The position numbers and the translations under genes are program-made. From assembly GCF_038025025.1 (NCBI RefSeq), contig NW_027117344.1:1-64000 (forward strand): 64,000 nucleotides of DNA, read 5' to 3'. Positions 11,209-23,003 of the stretch are shown here, in pieces. The notes below the pieces were generated by a model that was not told where the DNA came from, searched no databases, and worked only from the letters and a program-made list of their open reading frames with translations. Position 1 is the first letter of the stretch. Each line of letters opens with the position of its first letter. The DNA is from Phyllosticta citribraziliensis. Taxonomy: Eukaryota.

Positions 11209-12047
11209 TTTCATTTCATCATCCAGCATTTGTCGGAGTACATTGCATAAAGCGGCGCGGTTCATTTTGTTGCATCTGATACCATTTCTACGAATTCCGT
11301 AATATAAATTTCACCAACATGGCACGTGTTTCTACTTTTAGTGGATGACAAGATTTCCGGCATTTACGCGTCTTGCGCATACATTCACAAAGCACACAGC
11401 TTTCATGTCTCTTTTTCCTGCTGATTCACGATCCTAGTCATCTTTTTCCAGTTCCTTGCGTGTTTACCGTCATGAAAGTTTCGAGCTCGGTTGCGTTTGA
11501 TGACGACAGACAAAGGTTTACGACATTTTGATGCGTCGGTATGACGCCAGTCTTGCACAGAAGGTTTGATGATTCAGAACTTTCATTTCACGTCATCGCA
11601 AACTTCCTTCATCATCGAGGCCGCCTGCGGATCATGCGTGGCAGAGATGCGCTGTACGCAAAATCATCATTGGAATCCCGCTGTTTCTTTATCTTCAGCC
11701 GGCGCGGTAACTTTCACACTGGAAACTTCAACTCGAGAGCCTCGTCATCATGCGTATCACTGACATGGGAGTGCTGCGGATAGCCAGACGGCTCGACAAA
11801 TTCGGAGCGGAGTTGCTTGGCCAAGTCATTCGCCGCGTCAACAGCACTCGCATTTGTCCGTGTTATTCGAACCATTCTGAAATGTTTAAATTCCCGAAAT
11901 CTGCGAGAATGCTTACAGGTAGGCTTTGACAACAAACCAAAGATATGCCGTAGCACTGAGCGACAACCACCATTGCCGAGCCGCTGAGAAACTCGATGCC
12001 ATAGTGGGTGTAGAAAGAAATGCGACAGACCTCCTAGCAATCTGAGT

Positions 12048-12159
12048 GCACTCAGGGAGCATTCATTCACTACTGCACCTGCACTCAGGGAGCAGCCATC
12101 TGCTGCTGCAGCTCCGCTTAGGGAGCATTCATTCACTGCTGCATGTAGACCTCGGGAGT
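12048..12159. repeat. 33-bp imperfect tandem repeat, about 3.4 copies
   Basis: Units at 12048, 12081, 12114 and partial 12147 share CTCAGGGAGC/CTTAGGGAGC..CTGCA. Confidence 0.8.
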
Positions 12160-13086
12160 TTTATTTCTTTCGACGCCCAATGTGATGCTGAGACCGCTTC
12201 TTGCGCTGCATCGTCGTTGCTCCAGAAATCGGACAACTTCTCCAGAATCCCCGACCTATGTCTAGGCCGAGGCGTTGTACGCGTTGACCCAGCACGTGCT
12301 GTGTTGGTTTCCTTTTGTCCACTCAACGGCTGTCGCTCCAAAAGCAGCTTTCGACAAGAGCTGATTTCACCGCACCGTCAAAATCGGTCGCTCCGTTCTT
12401 TGACGTGGTCGAGGATCCCAAATTTGGATCCTTTCCCCCGCCTGGCCCAGAACAAACCCGGATTCAACGTCCTCAATATGCCGACAAAGCCTTCTTCAGC
12501 TGCAAAGATGCTGAAGGAGATCAGGGCGTCAAGAATCAGCCCATGGAGTCCTTGGTGGCTCCCAATACCATCGCCGAGGGAAGCTCCCACCAGTCCGACG
12601 CAATTCGCGGAGCCTGACTCTTCATCATTTGTCAGAAAAGTCGATTGCCATAATTTAGGCACTCATGAATCCCCTTTCCGGCAGTGTGCATCAGATAGAC
12701 AACATCAGCAAGGTGAACGGCGCCGCCAACTAGGAGCCTGTCTCTGGTTCTGTCAACCTGGACTGTCTTGAAGCCACTTATATCGACTCAAGGCCATTTC
12801 CGACGGCGCTCTGGGTGTCACTTTTAGTGAGACTTTTGTCTACAATTCAATTAGGTACCGTTTTGAGTCAAAAACTGTGAGGACCCCTCCAAACATGATT
12901 TCGAACTGACTCAAACTGAAAGCTCCAGCGGACATGTTCGGTCCCAATTTTGGAACGACCTTCAGAAATTTTTGAGTGGCTTCAGTGCTGCACAAATTCA
13001 CCAAATTCGATTCTCTCGACAACTAGTTGCATCTCTTCTCTCAAAACGAACAAATCACCTCTGCCTTGAACTGGAAGCAAAAGAAA

Positions 13087-14902
13087 TCAGACCGCAGCAA
13101 CAACCTTCTCGTTGACAAGCGATATCTCATCTGCATTCTGCGCCCTGCCACCAATCTCCCCCGAGCGCACGGCATCAAAATACTGCGCGTAGAGTTGAAC
13201 CTCGCGTCCCTCACTCCTCGGCTCAAGAGCAAATTGAAACGGCCTCGGTCTGCTAATCAACATACTCGTATAATCGTGCGCCGGGATATCCATGGGACGT
13301 CCTGAATCGTCGAGCTTTTTGGAAAAGTTGAAGGCCCACGCCATGCTTCCCATGCCGATGAGAAACTCTTGCTCGACGAGATCCATACCCATGCAGATGC
13401 GGCGGCCATACCCGAAGGTTGTAAAGTTCTTGATGCTCGGGAATTTGGTCAAGGGCTCTTGAAAGGATGGGTAGGTTGGGGAGAGCCAGCGCTCGGGGTT
13501 GAATGATTCGGGGTTTGGATACGTCGTGGCGTCGCGCGTGATCGCCCTGGTTTGAGTGAGTAGTGAGATTGAGGAAGAGGTGGTCTTCTTACCATTGATT
13601 CGGGTGGACGTGGGATCCTGCGGGGATAAAATGTCCCTCGTAGATGAAGTCCCTGGTCGATTCGTGCGGGATACCTGGTTTGGTGAGCAAAACATTCCAT
13701 TGTTGATTGAATGCACTGACTGCTCGGAGTGACGGGTCTCCATCTCATGCACTCCTTAATCACAGCACGAAGAACTGGAAGATCCGGATAGTCGGAGGGA
13801 CGCGGCATTCGATCCCCACACACGCGATCAATCTCCTCCTGCACCTTTGCTTGCCATTCGGGATGGAGACACATTGCGAGGACGTAGGTGATGAGAGCCG
13901 AAGCCGTCGTGATGATGCCCGCAAGACCAACCATGCCGACAGTGTAAGCTCCTTCAAGCTCATCCAGAGCCTTCGTCGTCTTGTCGCCCTTGTTCTTCCC
14001 CTCGATGAAAGACCTCATGTATGACCTGCAAGTCGAGCCGGCGGCAAGATCTTTGTCAACCTCTCTCCGCAGCTTGATGAAGAACTCGCGCTCGCGCGCA
14101 TGTCGAGCGCACTCTGCTTGTTTCCATGGAGACAGCCAGTGTGGAAGCAGACGCAGCTGCGGCATGATGTTGGGAAGATTGGCCGCTGGAGATATGGCCG
14201 CAAGAAGAGCGTGGGAGTGCAATGTTATTTCGTCTGCAAACCGGACGTGTCCAAAGGCTAGTCGGGAAATTACACGTCCAGTGTAACTTTCAGCGTGCAT
14301 CTCGAGTTCTTGGGGTCTCAGCATCAGGTCCAGGAGGAAATGCTTGCACTCGTGAAAAGGCAGGAGCTGATGCTTGTCCCCTGCCGACTTGGACATTATT
14401 TGGTGCACGAAACGCCTTTGACGTTGCCAGACGTCTACAACCTGTTAGAACCCTCCTGACTCGTCGAGATACGCAAACTGACCATTATATCCCAGCAGCG
14501 GCAGATACTCTGGGGCCGTCTTGCTGGCACCAAGGTTGTTGATTTGAGGCCGATCGGAGAAGGTCTCACTCCTTTTGACCAGAAGCTCATTCGCAATCTC
14601 GTCCGAGGCAACCCACACATGGTTGACTCCAAAAATATTGATCTGGTATATCTTTCCAAACTTATCTGACCAATTTTTGAATTGGAGGTAGCTGTGTTCC
14701 CGTGGGATATCCCATATACGTCCAATGAATGGTATTCCTGGATCACAGTCAGCAGATGTCGACCAAGTGATGTGGGGAGCTGACCTTTTGGACCCGGAAG
14801 CCATATAGTTCCACTCGGCTTGTTGAAATAAGAGCATAAAAGTCTTACCACAGCAATGGCAACACTGATGACGACAAAGAAGGCAAGTATGATGGATGAC
14901 AT
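13087..14902 (-). CDS. Cytochrome P450, multi-exon
   Basis: N-terminal TM anchor plus LPGPKG; I-helix AGIITT; ExxR (KECMRWRP); FNPERW; heme motif FGYGRRICMG; ORF pieces separated by short GT-AG introns. Confidence 0.92.
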
Positions 14903-16178
14903 TTTGTGTCCTTGTTGGCTGATATCGGACCGACGAATTTCAATCGACTTTATACAGCAGGCTCTTCCACACGTTGTGCCCCAATGACACATTCAACATG
15001 CGGAGTTTCAATTTCTCGGTTGGGGTCCAACGCCATTCTGCCAGTAGGATTTACCATTTTTCCAGCTGTGGGGGACATTTGCTGACGTTGTGGTGGCTTG
15101 GATAGTCAGACCAGAGGCACACGCGAAATTGTTGAAGCCTGCCTCACTGCTGAGACTCTGCTCCGTGCAGTTTCCCTTCTCGCAATGTTCAAAAAAATAA
15201 GTCAAAAGATGCTCCGAAATCTCCGTTAGGACCGCAATCCAAGCATATTTGCTCTCGAACACCCAACTCCAAGTTTTCGTCCCGATTCTCCAATCCAACA
15301 GTCAACCAACAACCAAGGCTTTCAGGAGTAATCGGTGCAATTCGCAACGATAGCTCGAAAAGGAAGCGTAGTCACTCCTTAGACAACTTCCTACCCACAA
15401 AATACACTGGCGAATTGTCTCGCAGTCGCACACCTTCACAGTAACCGTATTCAAGAAGCTTCCATATACGTCAATGGTTCAAGCCACTCAGATGGTGCAG
15501 CGCATCCCACCCGGCTACTCCGTAGCGCGCCCTGGATTGATGACCGCGTCAGGATACCCTGGCACAGTTCTCCTCCGCATGCCGTTTGCAGCCAAATCCG
15601 CCTGAAAGACCCTGAACGCGGAATCCCCTCCGTCCCAGCACTGCCCGTGGGATTGCGCTTCGGATGCTGCCGACTCCACCTCTGTCGATTTCTCTCGTTG
15701 TTTCTGTTAGCTATTCTTCGATGGCAAAGATCGCCTCAGGGACTCTCGACTGTCGCGTCACGATGACTCTGCCAACTTCGGCGATTTGTGTCGTTCTTCT
15801 GAGCTTTCCTCTCGAGTGATGTTGCTCAGCTCCTTGAGGATGTGCGCCCCGGCGACCCCTTCGTCTTTTGAGGACTGAAGGGCTGCATGATCTGAGAAAT
15901 TTCCCTAGGACACTCCAATTGAGCGTAATCACACGAGTAAGCGTGCGCTAAGGACTACTCCTGTTGTTGTACAATACTTGCTCGATTTTGGCATCTGTTA
16001 CAAAGAAAATTTTCCATGGCTTCCACAAACATTCCAAATGGATCGCTTGGTACCGCAATCTATTCGTCTGAGGCATGGAGACTCAGGATACAACCTCGAC
16101 AGCAAGATCGACGCTGCGAATTTCACAAATCTGTAAACGACCAGAGAAATAATCACAACCTGTAGTAACAACACAGGG

Positions 16179-18159
16179 CTACACAGAAGCTGCCCCCAAG
16201 GTTGCTTTGCCCTTGATGCTCTTCCATGGAACAAGGGGGCTGACCAGCGTCGCAACTCCACCCACTGCAACGCACAAAATCAAGGCTGTTCGAATGCCCT
16301 CCATATACGCCGTAAGCACGGCATCCAAGTCGGAGCCGTGGAAGACAACCCGTATTTCGGTTGCACCAGTTGAGACGACTTGGGCAGGGTTCAGATGAGG
16401 AGCAATCCTTCGAATGGTACTGATAAGCTCGTTTGCAAAAGCGGACTGGGCGGCGCTGACCATGAATGCTCCACCCATGGTTTGAAAGACTGCAACAATC
16501 AGCTTCTGAAGACATTTTGGTAGACAAAGCTTACATAGTAGCTGGGCCGTAGTGGACGAAATATCCTCTGGAGGAGATAGAGCTTGCGCCGCCATGATAG
16601 GTGCTTGAAAGCAGCCGCCGATTCCCACCCCCGCGATGATCTGGTAGCCGATCCATTTGCCTGATGAGGTTTCGCGTTCCAGCGTGTATAGCAGTCCAGA
16701 TCCGACCGTCGTCAACACTGCTCCGATTGGAAATAGGATCGCGAACTGGCCAGTGACAGTCATGAAGCCTCCAGATCCAATTATAAACAGAGCTTTGATC
16801 TATTAGCAACAACTTGCGATGCCCGGGTTAACTCACTTATAGCGATGATGAGTGCAAGGTTTCGCACTCCACTATTAGCAGCTGAGGTGTTGCGTATCGC
16901 TTGGAAATAGATCGGCAGGTAGTACAACAGGATGAAGAAGGCACCGGCAATGCTGGAGGAGTTAGCTCAGCCAGAAGTGGGTCTCTCAGCTTACAAGAAA
17001 CTAAAGATGCATCCTGTCCAGACTTCCCGACGCTTCAAGATCCACGGCGACAAAAGAGCGCGCGGTCCTTGCCACCACTCTATGAGTAGGAAGAGAATGG
17101 TAATCAATCCAAAGCCGACAATCGTCCCAATGACGTCGGCAGATTTCCACGGCTTTGACACGCCGCCCCACTCGAACGCGAGCAGGAGACAGACGACTGC
17201 GCCTAGGATGACGAAGAATCCCGGCAAATCCATTTGCTTAATCTTCTCTGCCAACGGAGCATTTCGAGCTTCTTCAGAAAGTGCACCTGCGGGACTTTTC
17301 AAGATGAAGATGATGATGGCAACTGCGAGGCCACCGATGGGCAAGTTGATGTAGAAACTGTCGGGTCAGCTTTGTCAAGAAAACGCACAGGGAGCGTTCG
17401 TACCACCAGCGCCATCCGGGACCATCTGTGAAGGCTCCACCAAGGAGCGGACCAACGACGCTGGAAACGCCGTATGTTGCTCCCATTATGCCCGTGAACG
17501 CAGGTCGCTTTTCGGGGGGAACCACAAAAGCAATGATAGTGTAGCAACCTGCCAAAACGCCGGCAACACCAAGCCCAATGATTGCGCGGCCGACAATAAA
17601 GGTTATGGAGCCCTGCGCGACAGCTGTCCATTGTCAGATGGATCTCGAGGACGGGTGGGAACAAACCAGAAATCAAACTGCCGACCTCAAAGACAAAAAT
17701 ACTGACTAAGAAGACCGTCTTCAGATCAACGTATTTGTACGCTTTCCCCCACACCGACTGCGAGGATGCAACGGTCAGAAAGAGGGCAGATCCGAACCAA
17801 CCAATATCGTCGAGCGCGTTGAACTGGTCCGTAACTTTCGGAATGGCCGTAGCGACGATGTTCATGTCCAGGGCCGCGAGAAAAGTCGCGAGCGCAAGTG
17901 CCACAATGACCGACCACAGCCTCCATCCCCTGGGATGGTCCTCCTCGGTGTCGGGAGCATTCGCGGGCGCAACCTGGATGACTGAGTCGTCACGGTGGCT
18001 GGTCACAAATCGAGGCGAGGGTATGCTCGAGGCGGATCGGTATCCCTCGCTGCGCACATCGTCCTTCTCGCTCTTTTCGGTCGTCCGTGTCAGGGTCGAG
18101 TTTTCGCGTACAGGCAAACTGTCGCCATGGTATTTGCCCGGGGCGGAGGAATGTGACAT
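16179..18159 (-). CDS. MFS efflux transporter (DHA2/toxin-pump type), multi-exon
   Basis: LATFLAALDMNIVATAIP, WFGSA, FEVGSLI, GPLLGGAFTD..WRW, INLPIGG, WIGYQIIAGVG; includes a 45-nt stop-free in-frame intron at 16490-16534. Confidence 0.92.
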
Positions 18160-18415
18160 TATTTGCTGGAGAGGTGCGTACACAACAGACGCGCAAAATG
18201 GATGCAAAGCTGAGCAATTCAGGCACAGGTGCCATTCTCATGTCGGTTCTGGATTGCGTTGCTACCGAGGGTGTGTCGGCCAATCAGCTGAGATGGTGAA
18301 TGAAGGGTCTGGCTGAAGAACGGGTTCCAAACAGAGCTCACGCCAGGCCGTCATCCGCGTGTAGCTCTCGAAGTCGTGATATTCTCGTGATATGTACAAA
18401 GTTCCGCCAGTGATT

Positions 18416-19501
18416 TCAGACGCGAGTGACTCCCGGCTCAATCTGCTCGAGGCGCTCTACCAGTTGACTCCACACCTTTTCCGCGAGCTTTTCATTCTCG
18501 ACGCCGGTAACTTTGGACCCAGGCCTACTTGGTTAGCGAGACAAGAGATCGACCTGAGCACTGTACTTACGGTGTGGCTTTGCGGTCTATGAGAAGGCCG
18601 CCGTGGGTCTCGGGTCCAAGTGCAGGAGAGATGGCATGCACAAGGATCCGACCGCCAACCTCTGTGGTTCGCAAAAAAAGTAACGAAACGCCGTTCAAGA
18701 TCTTCCTCTTAAGCCAGGGCATATCATCGCGGAATATGTCGCTCCTGCATGCTCCTGGGGACATGTAATTGATCAAGACGTTGGATTTCTCGCTCAGTGG
18801 GCTTGCATTGGCCAAAGCACGCACAGCGAAGAGAAGCAAAAGTTTTGACGTAGGGTATCTGCAAGCAATCAGCAACAACAGTCATAGTCGTGTCGTTATG
18901 CTTACCGGTCACCCATATTTGCCTTGTCCTTTTGAGCGAGCGCATCAAAAACATTATCGGCCCCTTTCTTCTCCTTAAACTTGGCGAACCATTGCATGTC
19001 GCTGCCGACGAAACTCAGAAGGCCTCGAACGCGATGCTTGTCGGCGCTCTCGCGCAGTTTTGGCAAGACTTCCAGACCGACCAGGACCGCACCGATGACA
19101 TTGACCGTGATGTGGGTCTCGTTCCCTTCGACCGCGGACCAGTTATTCATGAGTACTCCGGCATTCTGGATAACGGCGTCGAGGCGATCCAACGTCCGCA
19201 CGCGGGCGCCAAATTTTTTGACTGAATCGAAGTTGGATAGATCAAGCTCCCAGACCTGTAGACGCTCTGGTGCACAGCCGGTGGAGTCAACAAGACTTTG
19301 GACGGCCGCTTTGCCTTTGTAATTGCTTCTGACGGCGAGAATGACGAGCTCGGCGTTTAGCCTGATCAAATGCTTGACCGCTTCATAACCAAGTCCAGTG
19401 TTAGAGCCTGTCACAATGACGACTTGCCCGGAAAAATCGTCATTTGGAGTAGGCGGAGTGACGAAGAGTTGCGAGTAGAGGGCAGTAGTGATGAAAGGCA
19501 T
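18416..19501 (-). CDS. Short-chain dehydrogenase/reductase (retinol-DH-like), 3 exons
   Basis: VIVTGSNTGLG, IQNAGV, YPTSK catalytic YxxxK, SPGACRSD; last exon ends ..EQIEPGVTRV* at 18416. Confidence 0.9.
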
Positions 19502-19880
19502 GATGGAACCTGGTGAATGGAAATACAACGTTCAAATCGGTTCGCGGTTAGTATTTGAATGGCTATCGCCCGGCAATTCGTGCTTCCGAGAGGCAGACGC
19601 CAAGTTTATTCTAAGCGTGCACCTCGAAAACGTCGTCTGTTACAAAGTCCCATGACCTGTAATATAGTAATCAACGTTTACTAGACCTATTTAGGATTCG
19701 GTATTTATTCTATATCAGTAATCTCGCTCTTTGAATTGCCCGAGAAGATGAAACTAATCACTCTATCAGCAAAGATACCGATAAAGTTCGTCCGTAGGAT
19801 TGTCGACACTAAGGGGTTACGACTAGAAGAATGGCAGAACAATCCAAGGGTGCATGAAAACTGACGACGGCAAATTTGCA

Positions 19881-20999
19881 CTACTTTTCAATCCAATCTC
19901 TCACAACTCCGGCAATCTGATCGCTATTTTCCTCCAGGAAAAACAGATGGGCATTGCCGTATATGCCAACGTTCGTGAGATTCAGATAGTCGACCGAGAC
20001 ACCTGCTTGCCTCAGAAACTCCACTGTGCACCAGTCGTACACTGCGTGGTAGCTTGCCTGAGTTTGCAGAACCAAAGTCGGAATATCCTTGAGATTGGTC
20101 AGCTGCCTCGGTCCTTGCGGGTCTTGAAGTGTGCAATTTCCAATCGAAGGGTCCATGGATCCGGTGGTGACGAGCTGAAACTGACTTTCGACGCTGACGT
20201 TTGCTTGCATTGGGGGATCGTAGGTCAGCGGAGCGTCCGTCAATCCATATTTCCGGGCTGCTCCCTGGGAAAAGACTTGGTCGATGAATGGCGGCCCCGA
20301 GGGCTCAAGAGCGACGAGCCTCTTTACGAGCTTCGGCCTGGCATCTGCGGCAAGCCAAGTCATGATACCGCCCTGACTGTGACCCACAACCGTCACTGGG
20401 CGGCCGATTCGGTCGAGAAGCTCAGCGAGTCCGGCTTGCACCGCAAGCTGTTGAGTTGCAGGGTCGGGCAAGTACGCATTCGGTGACGTAGTTTTGTAAT
20501 ACGTGTCGAAGATGGAATCGCCTTTTGTTCCGTTGCCTGGCCATCGCGTGTGAAGTTGAGCTTGCGGCCAGAAATTGAATTTTTCGGGGGCAGTGTAGCG
20601 ACTGGCAGCATATCGTGCGCCGTACGCCTTGAGAGTATCGGAAGAATTCAGAGGAGTCCATGGACTGCGGGCTCGAAAGGCTTGATCGATGAGGTAGACC
20701 TCGTAGCCTTTTCCCAAAAAGTACGAGGCCCAACCAGGATTTCCATCCGGCTTGTTGAGCCAGTTTGTTCCCGTCTGACCGCCTCCATGAATAAAGATGA
20801 TTGGTTCAGGTTCGCTCGTCTGATTGAAAGCGGGAACCAGATGCTCGACGTAGACTTGGCCTCTTGAGATGAAGTCAGAGGCTTCGCTGACGTACTCTCC
20901 GCTGGTGTAGAAGAATTCCCGGTAATGAGGCGTGCCGAGCCGACTGCTGGAAGCTGTGCCTACGCCAAGGCCAAGGAAAAGTGCAGTGACACCACGCAT
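19881..20999 (-). CDS. Secreted alpha/beta hydrolase, 372 aa
   Basis: Signal peptide, IFIHGGGQTG oxyanion region, GHSQGG nucleophile elbow, GNAHLFFLE. Confidence 0.88.
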   Translation of the reverse strand: MRGVTALFLGLGVGTASSSRLGTPHYREFFYTSGEYVSEASDFISRGQVYVEHLVPAFNQTSEPEPIIFIHGGGQTGTNWLNKPDGNPGWASYFLGKGYEVYLIDQAFRARSPWTPLNSSDTLKAYGARYAASRYTAPEKFNFWPQAQLHTRWPGNGTKGDSIFDTYYKTTSPNAYLPDPATQQLAVQAGLAELLDRIGRPVTVVGHSQGGIMTWLAADARPKLVKRLVALEPSGPPFIDQVFSQGAARKYGLTDAPLTYDPPMQANVSVESQFQLVTTGSMDPSIGNCTLQDPQGPRQLTNLKDIPTLVLQTQASYHAVYDWCTVEFLRQAGVSVDYLNLTNVGIYGNAHLFFLEENSDQIAGVVRDWIEK

Positions 21000-21783
21000 G
21001 TTGGGCAGGATTCAAGGAGCTGTGATGCCCGCAGTCTGGGACTCGGTGGTTAAATGTTCAGCTGGACCATTCTCCACTAAATCCAATGAAGCGGTCTACC
21101 CCGCACTCGTGCGATTGGTGACCACTGCCTCGACAGTCAAGAAGTTGGCCCTGAGATGGAATCTTGTGGGAAGCAGCACCGGCAAGCCCACCGCAGACAT
21201 TAATATCATCCCATGGAATTTTTTCTCTGATCAAAAGACGGCTTCAGGTGCCCTCATGCGGCAAAGAACTTGAAGCATACCATCGGAAGCACGGCATAGT
21301 CATGACAAGTCAAGTATGCTACTTCGCGACCCCACAAAAAATTGGCTCGTCAATGGAAGGAGATGGGCAGCGGTGAATGAAGTTTGTGGGGGCCGCGGAG
21401 GTTTGTCGTGTTTGTCGAGCAGATGGCGGGATTTGCGTAGCGCGCAGGGCCTGAAGATCACTCTGGGACACTAGCCGTGCGGGCTGTATCCAGAATCAAG
21501 AAATAGACGACGACAAAGGCTGCATCATGGAAAGTTGTTGAGCGTGGCGGCACTGTTTATGAACGGCGCCAAGTGGTGGACGCGAGCTGGCGATGCACGG
21601 GCCACAGAATGTTGGAGTCCCATGGAGTCCGGGTCCTCGTCCCTTGTCCCTCCGCACACTGTTTGCTCACCACCACTGCAAAACAACGTCGTTTGCGCCG
21701 CCAATCCTCGCACTACCACAAGCCGCGACCGCCGACAACCGCCCCCGCAATTCTTTCCTCAATCCTCCACTCGGCGCGAAACA

Positions 21784-22630
21784 ATGAGCAGCTCCAAGGC
21801 CAAAGTTGCTGATGCCTGGGACGACGATTGGGAAACTCTCGCAGACGTGCGCTTCCCTTGCTTATAGACGAACGAAGCTGATGCCATGTCAGAAGGATGA
21901 ACCCGCACCTTCAACCGCAGCACCGGCGCCCTCGAAGAAGCTGAGCAAGGCCGAAAGAAGAGCGCAACATGCTGAATTCAACAAACAGCTTTGGCAGGCA
22001 GCGTCAGTGTCTCCACATACTTCGCCTCATGCGCTAACAATTCGCAGCGAAACGCCATCAGAGACCCCCATCTTCGTCGAAGCCAAATCCGAGATTCCAC
22101 TCAAGACGGATTTGAAGCCCGGCATCACGCTGCTCAGTCGGAAGCCACCGCCCAAGCTTCTCACACGCGACCCAAAGACGCAAAACGCCGACGACGATGA
22201 GGATAGCGAAGAAGAAACTCGAAAAAAGAGGGACCAAGAATTTGCCGAGCGGCAAGCAAGGGCGCAGCGGGAGCGGGAGGAGAAACAGCGCAAATATGCG
22301 GAGGTGCGAGAACGGCTGTTTGGCTCGCCAACGCCAGAAGGCTCTCAAGAAAGGTCATCTTCTCGAAATGGTGGGAACCGCAACTTTCGAGCCAAGGGTA
22401 GAAAAGGAGGCGACTCGGACGTCAACTCTTCTGCCGATCAGTCACCCGCTCGTGGTCAAGCAAATCCCAAGAGGCAGCTGTACGACCCCATCAAGTCAAC
22501 CGCATCGCGACCCGAGTCTCTGTCCAGATCGGGAACCCCAAACAACGAACAGCAGCCAATCCGATCGCCACGAGGACCCGACAGCAGCGGAAGAGGAGGT
22601 TTTGCTCCACGGGGACGTGGCTTCTCATGA
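21784..22630 (+). CDS. SUZ/SUZ-C-type RNA-binding-like protein, 3 exons
   Basis: DAWDDDWE N-terminus, ITLLSRKP, EREEKQRKYAEVRERLFG, PIRSPRGPDSSGRGGF; intron 21847-21892 and a second intron near 22003-22048. Confidence 0.75.
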
Positions 22631-23003
22631 GCCGAGACGCATCCACCCAGACAACTTGAGATGCCATTCAGGTCTTCTGGATGGATTGCCATGAGCACTG
22701 CGGACCGAGAATTCACACGCCATCATTGCAGCGACCCGTTCCAATGTACGTGTGCACATTCCAGCGTCATGATGCAAGAATTCAATCTGGCGTATCAGAG
22801 GTGAAGCCTCTTGCTCATGGCAGCCAATGCCATGTTGTTTAGACCAAGCCTTTTTGGAATGTCGACGTCTCCTAGGCCGTGGGGAACTCTACTTATTCGA
22901 GGAATGCATAGCCTCGCTCCTCAAACGCTCTTAATGCTGTCGTCTTCGGCCAACTCGTCTCTCCAAGATTTCCCCTTGTACCTCTTTTGTTTCAAATTTC
23001 ATC

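Noticed and set aside
12048..12159. 33-bp repeats as a CRISPR-like array
   Set aside because: Contiguous tandem units without unique spacers, eukaryotic context, no cas genes
16490..16534. Cys-rich insertion CKLCLPKC in the MFS transporter
   Set aside because: It is a 45-nt in-frame GT-AG intron with a CTGAT branch site, not a protein feature
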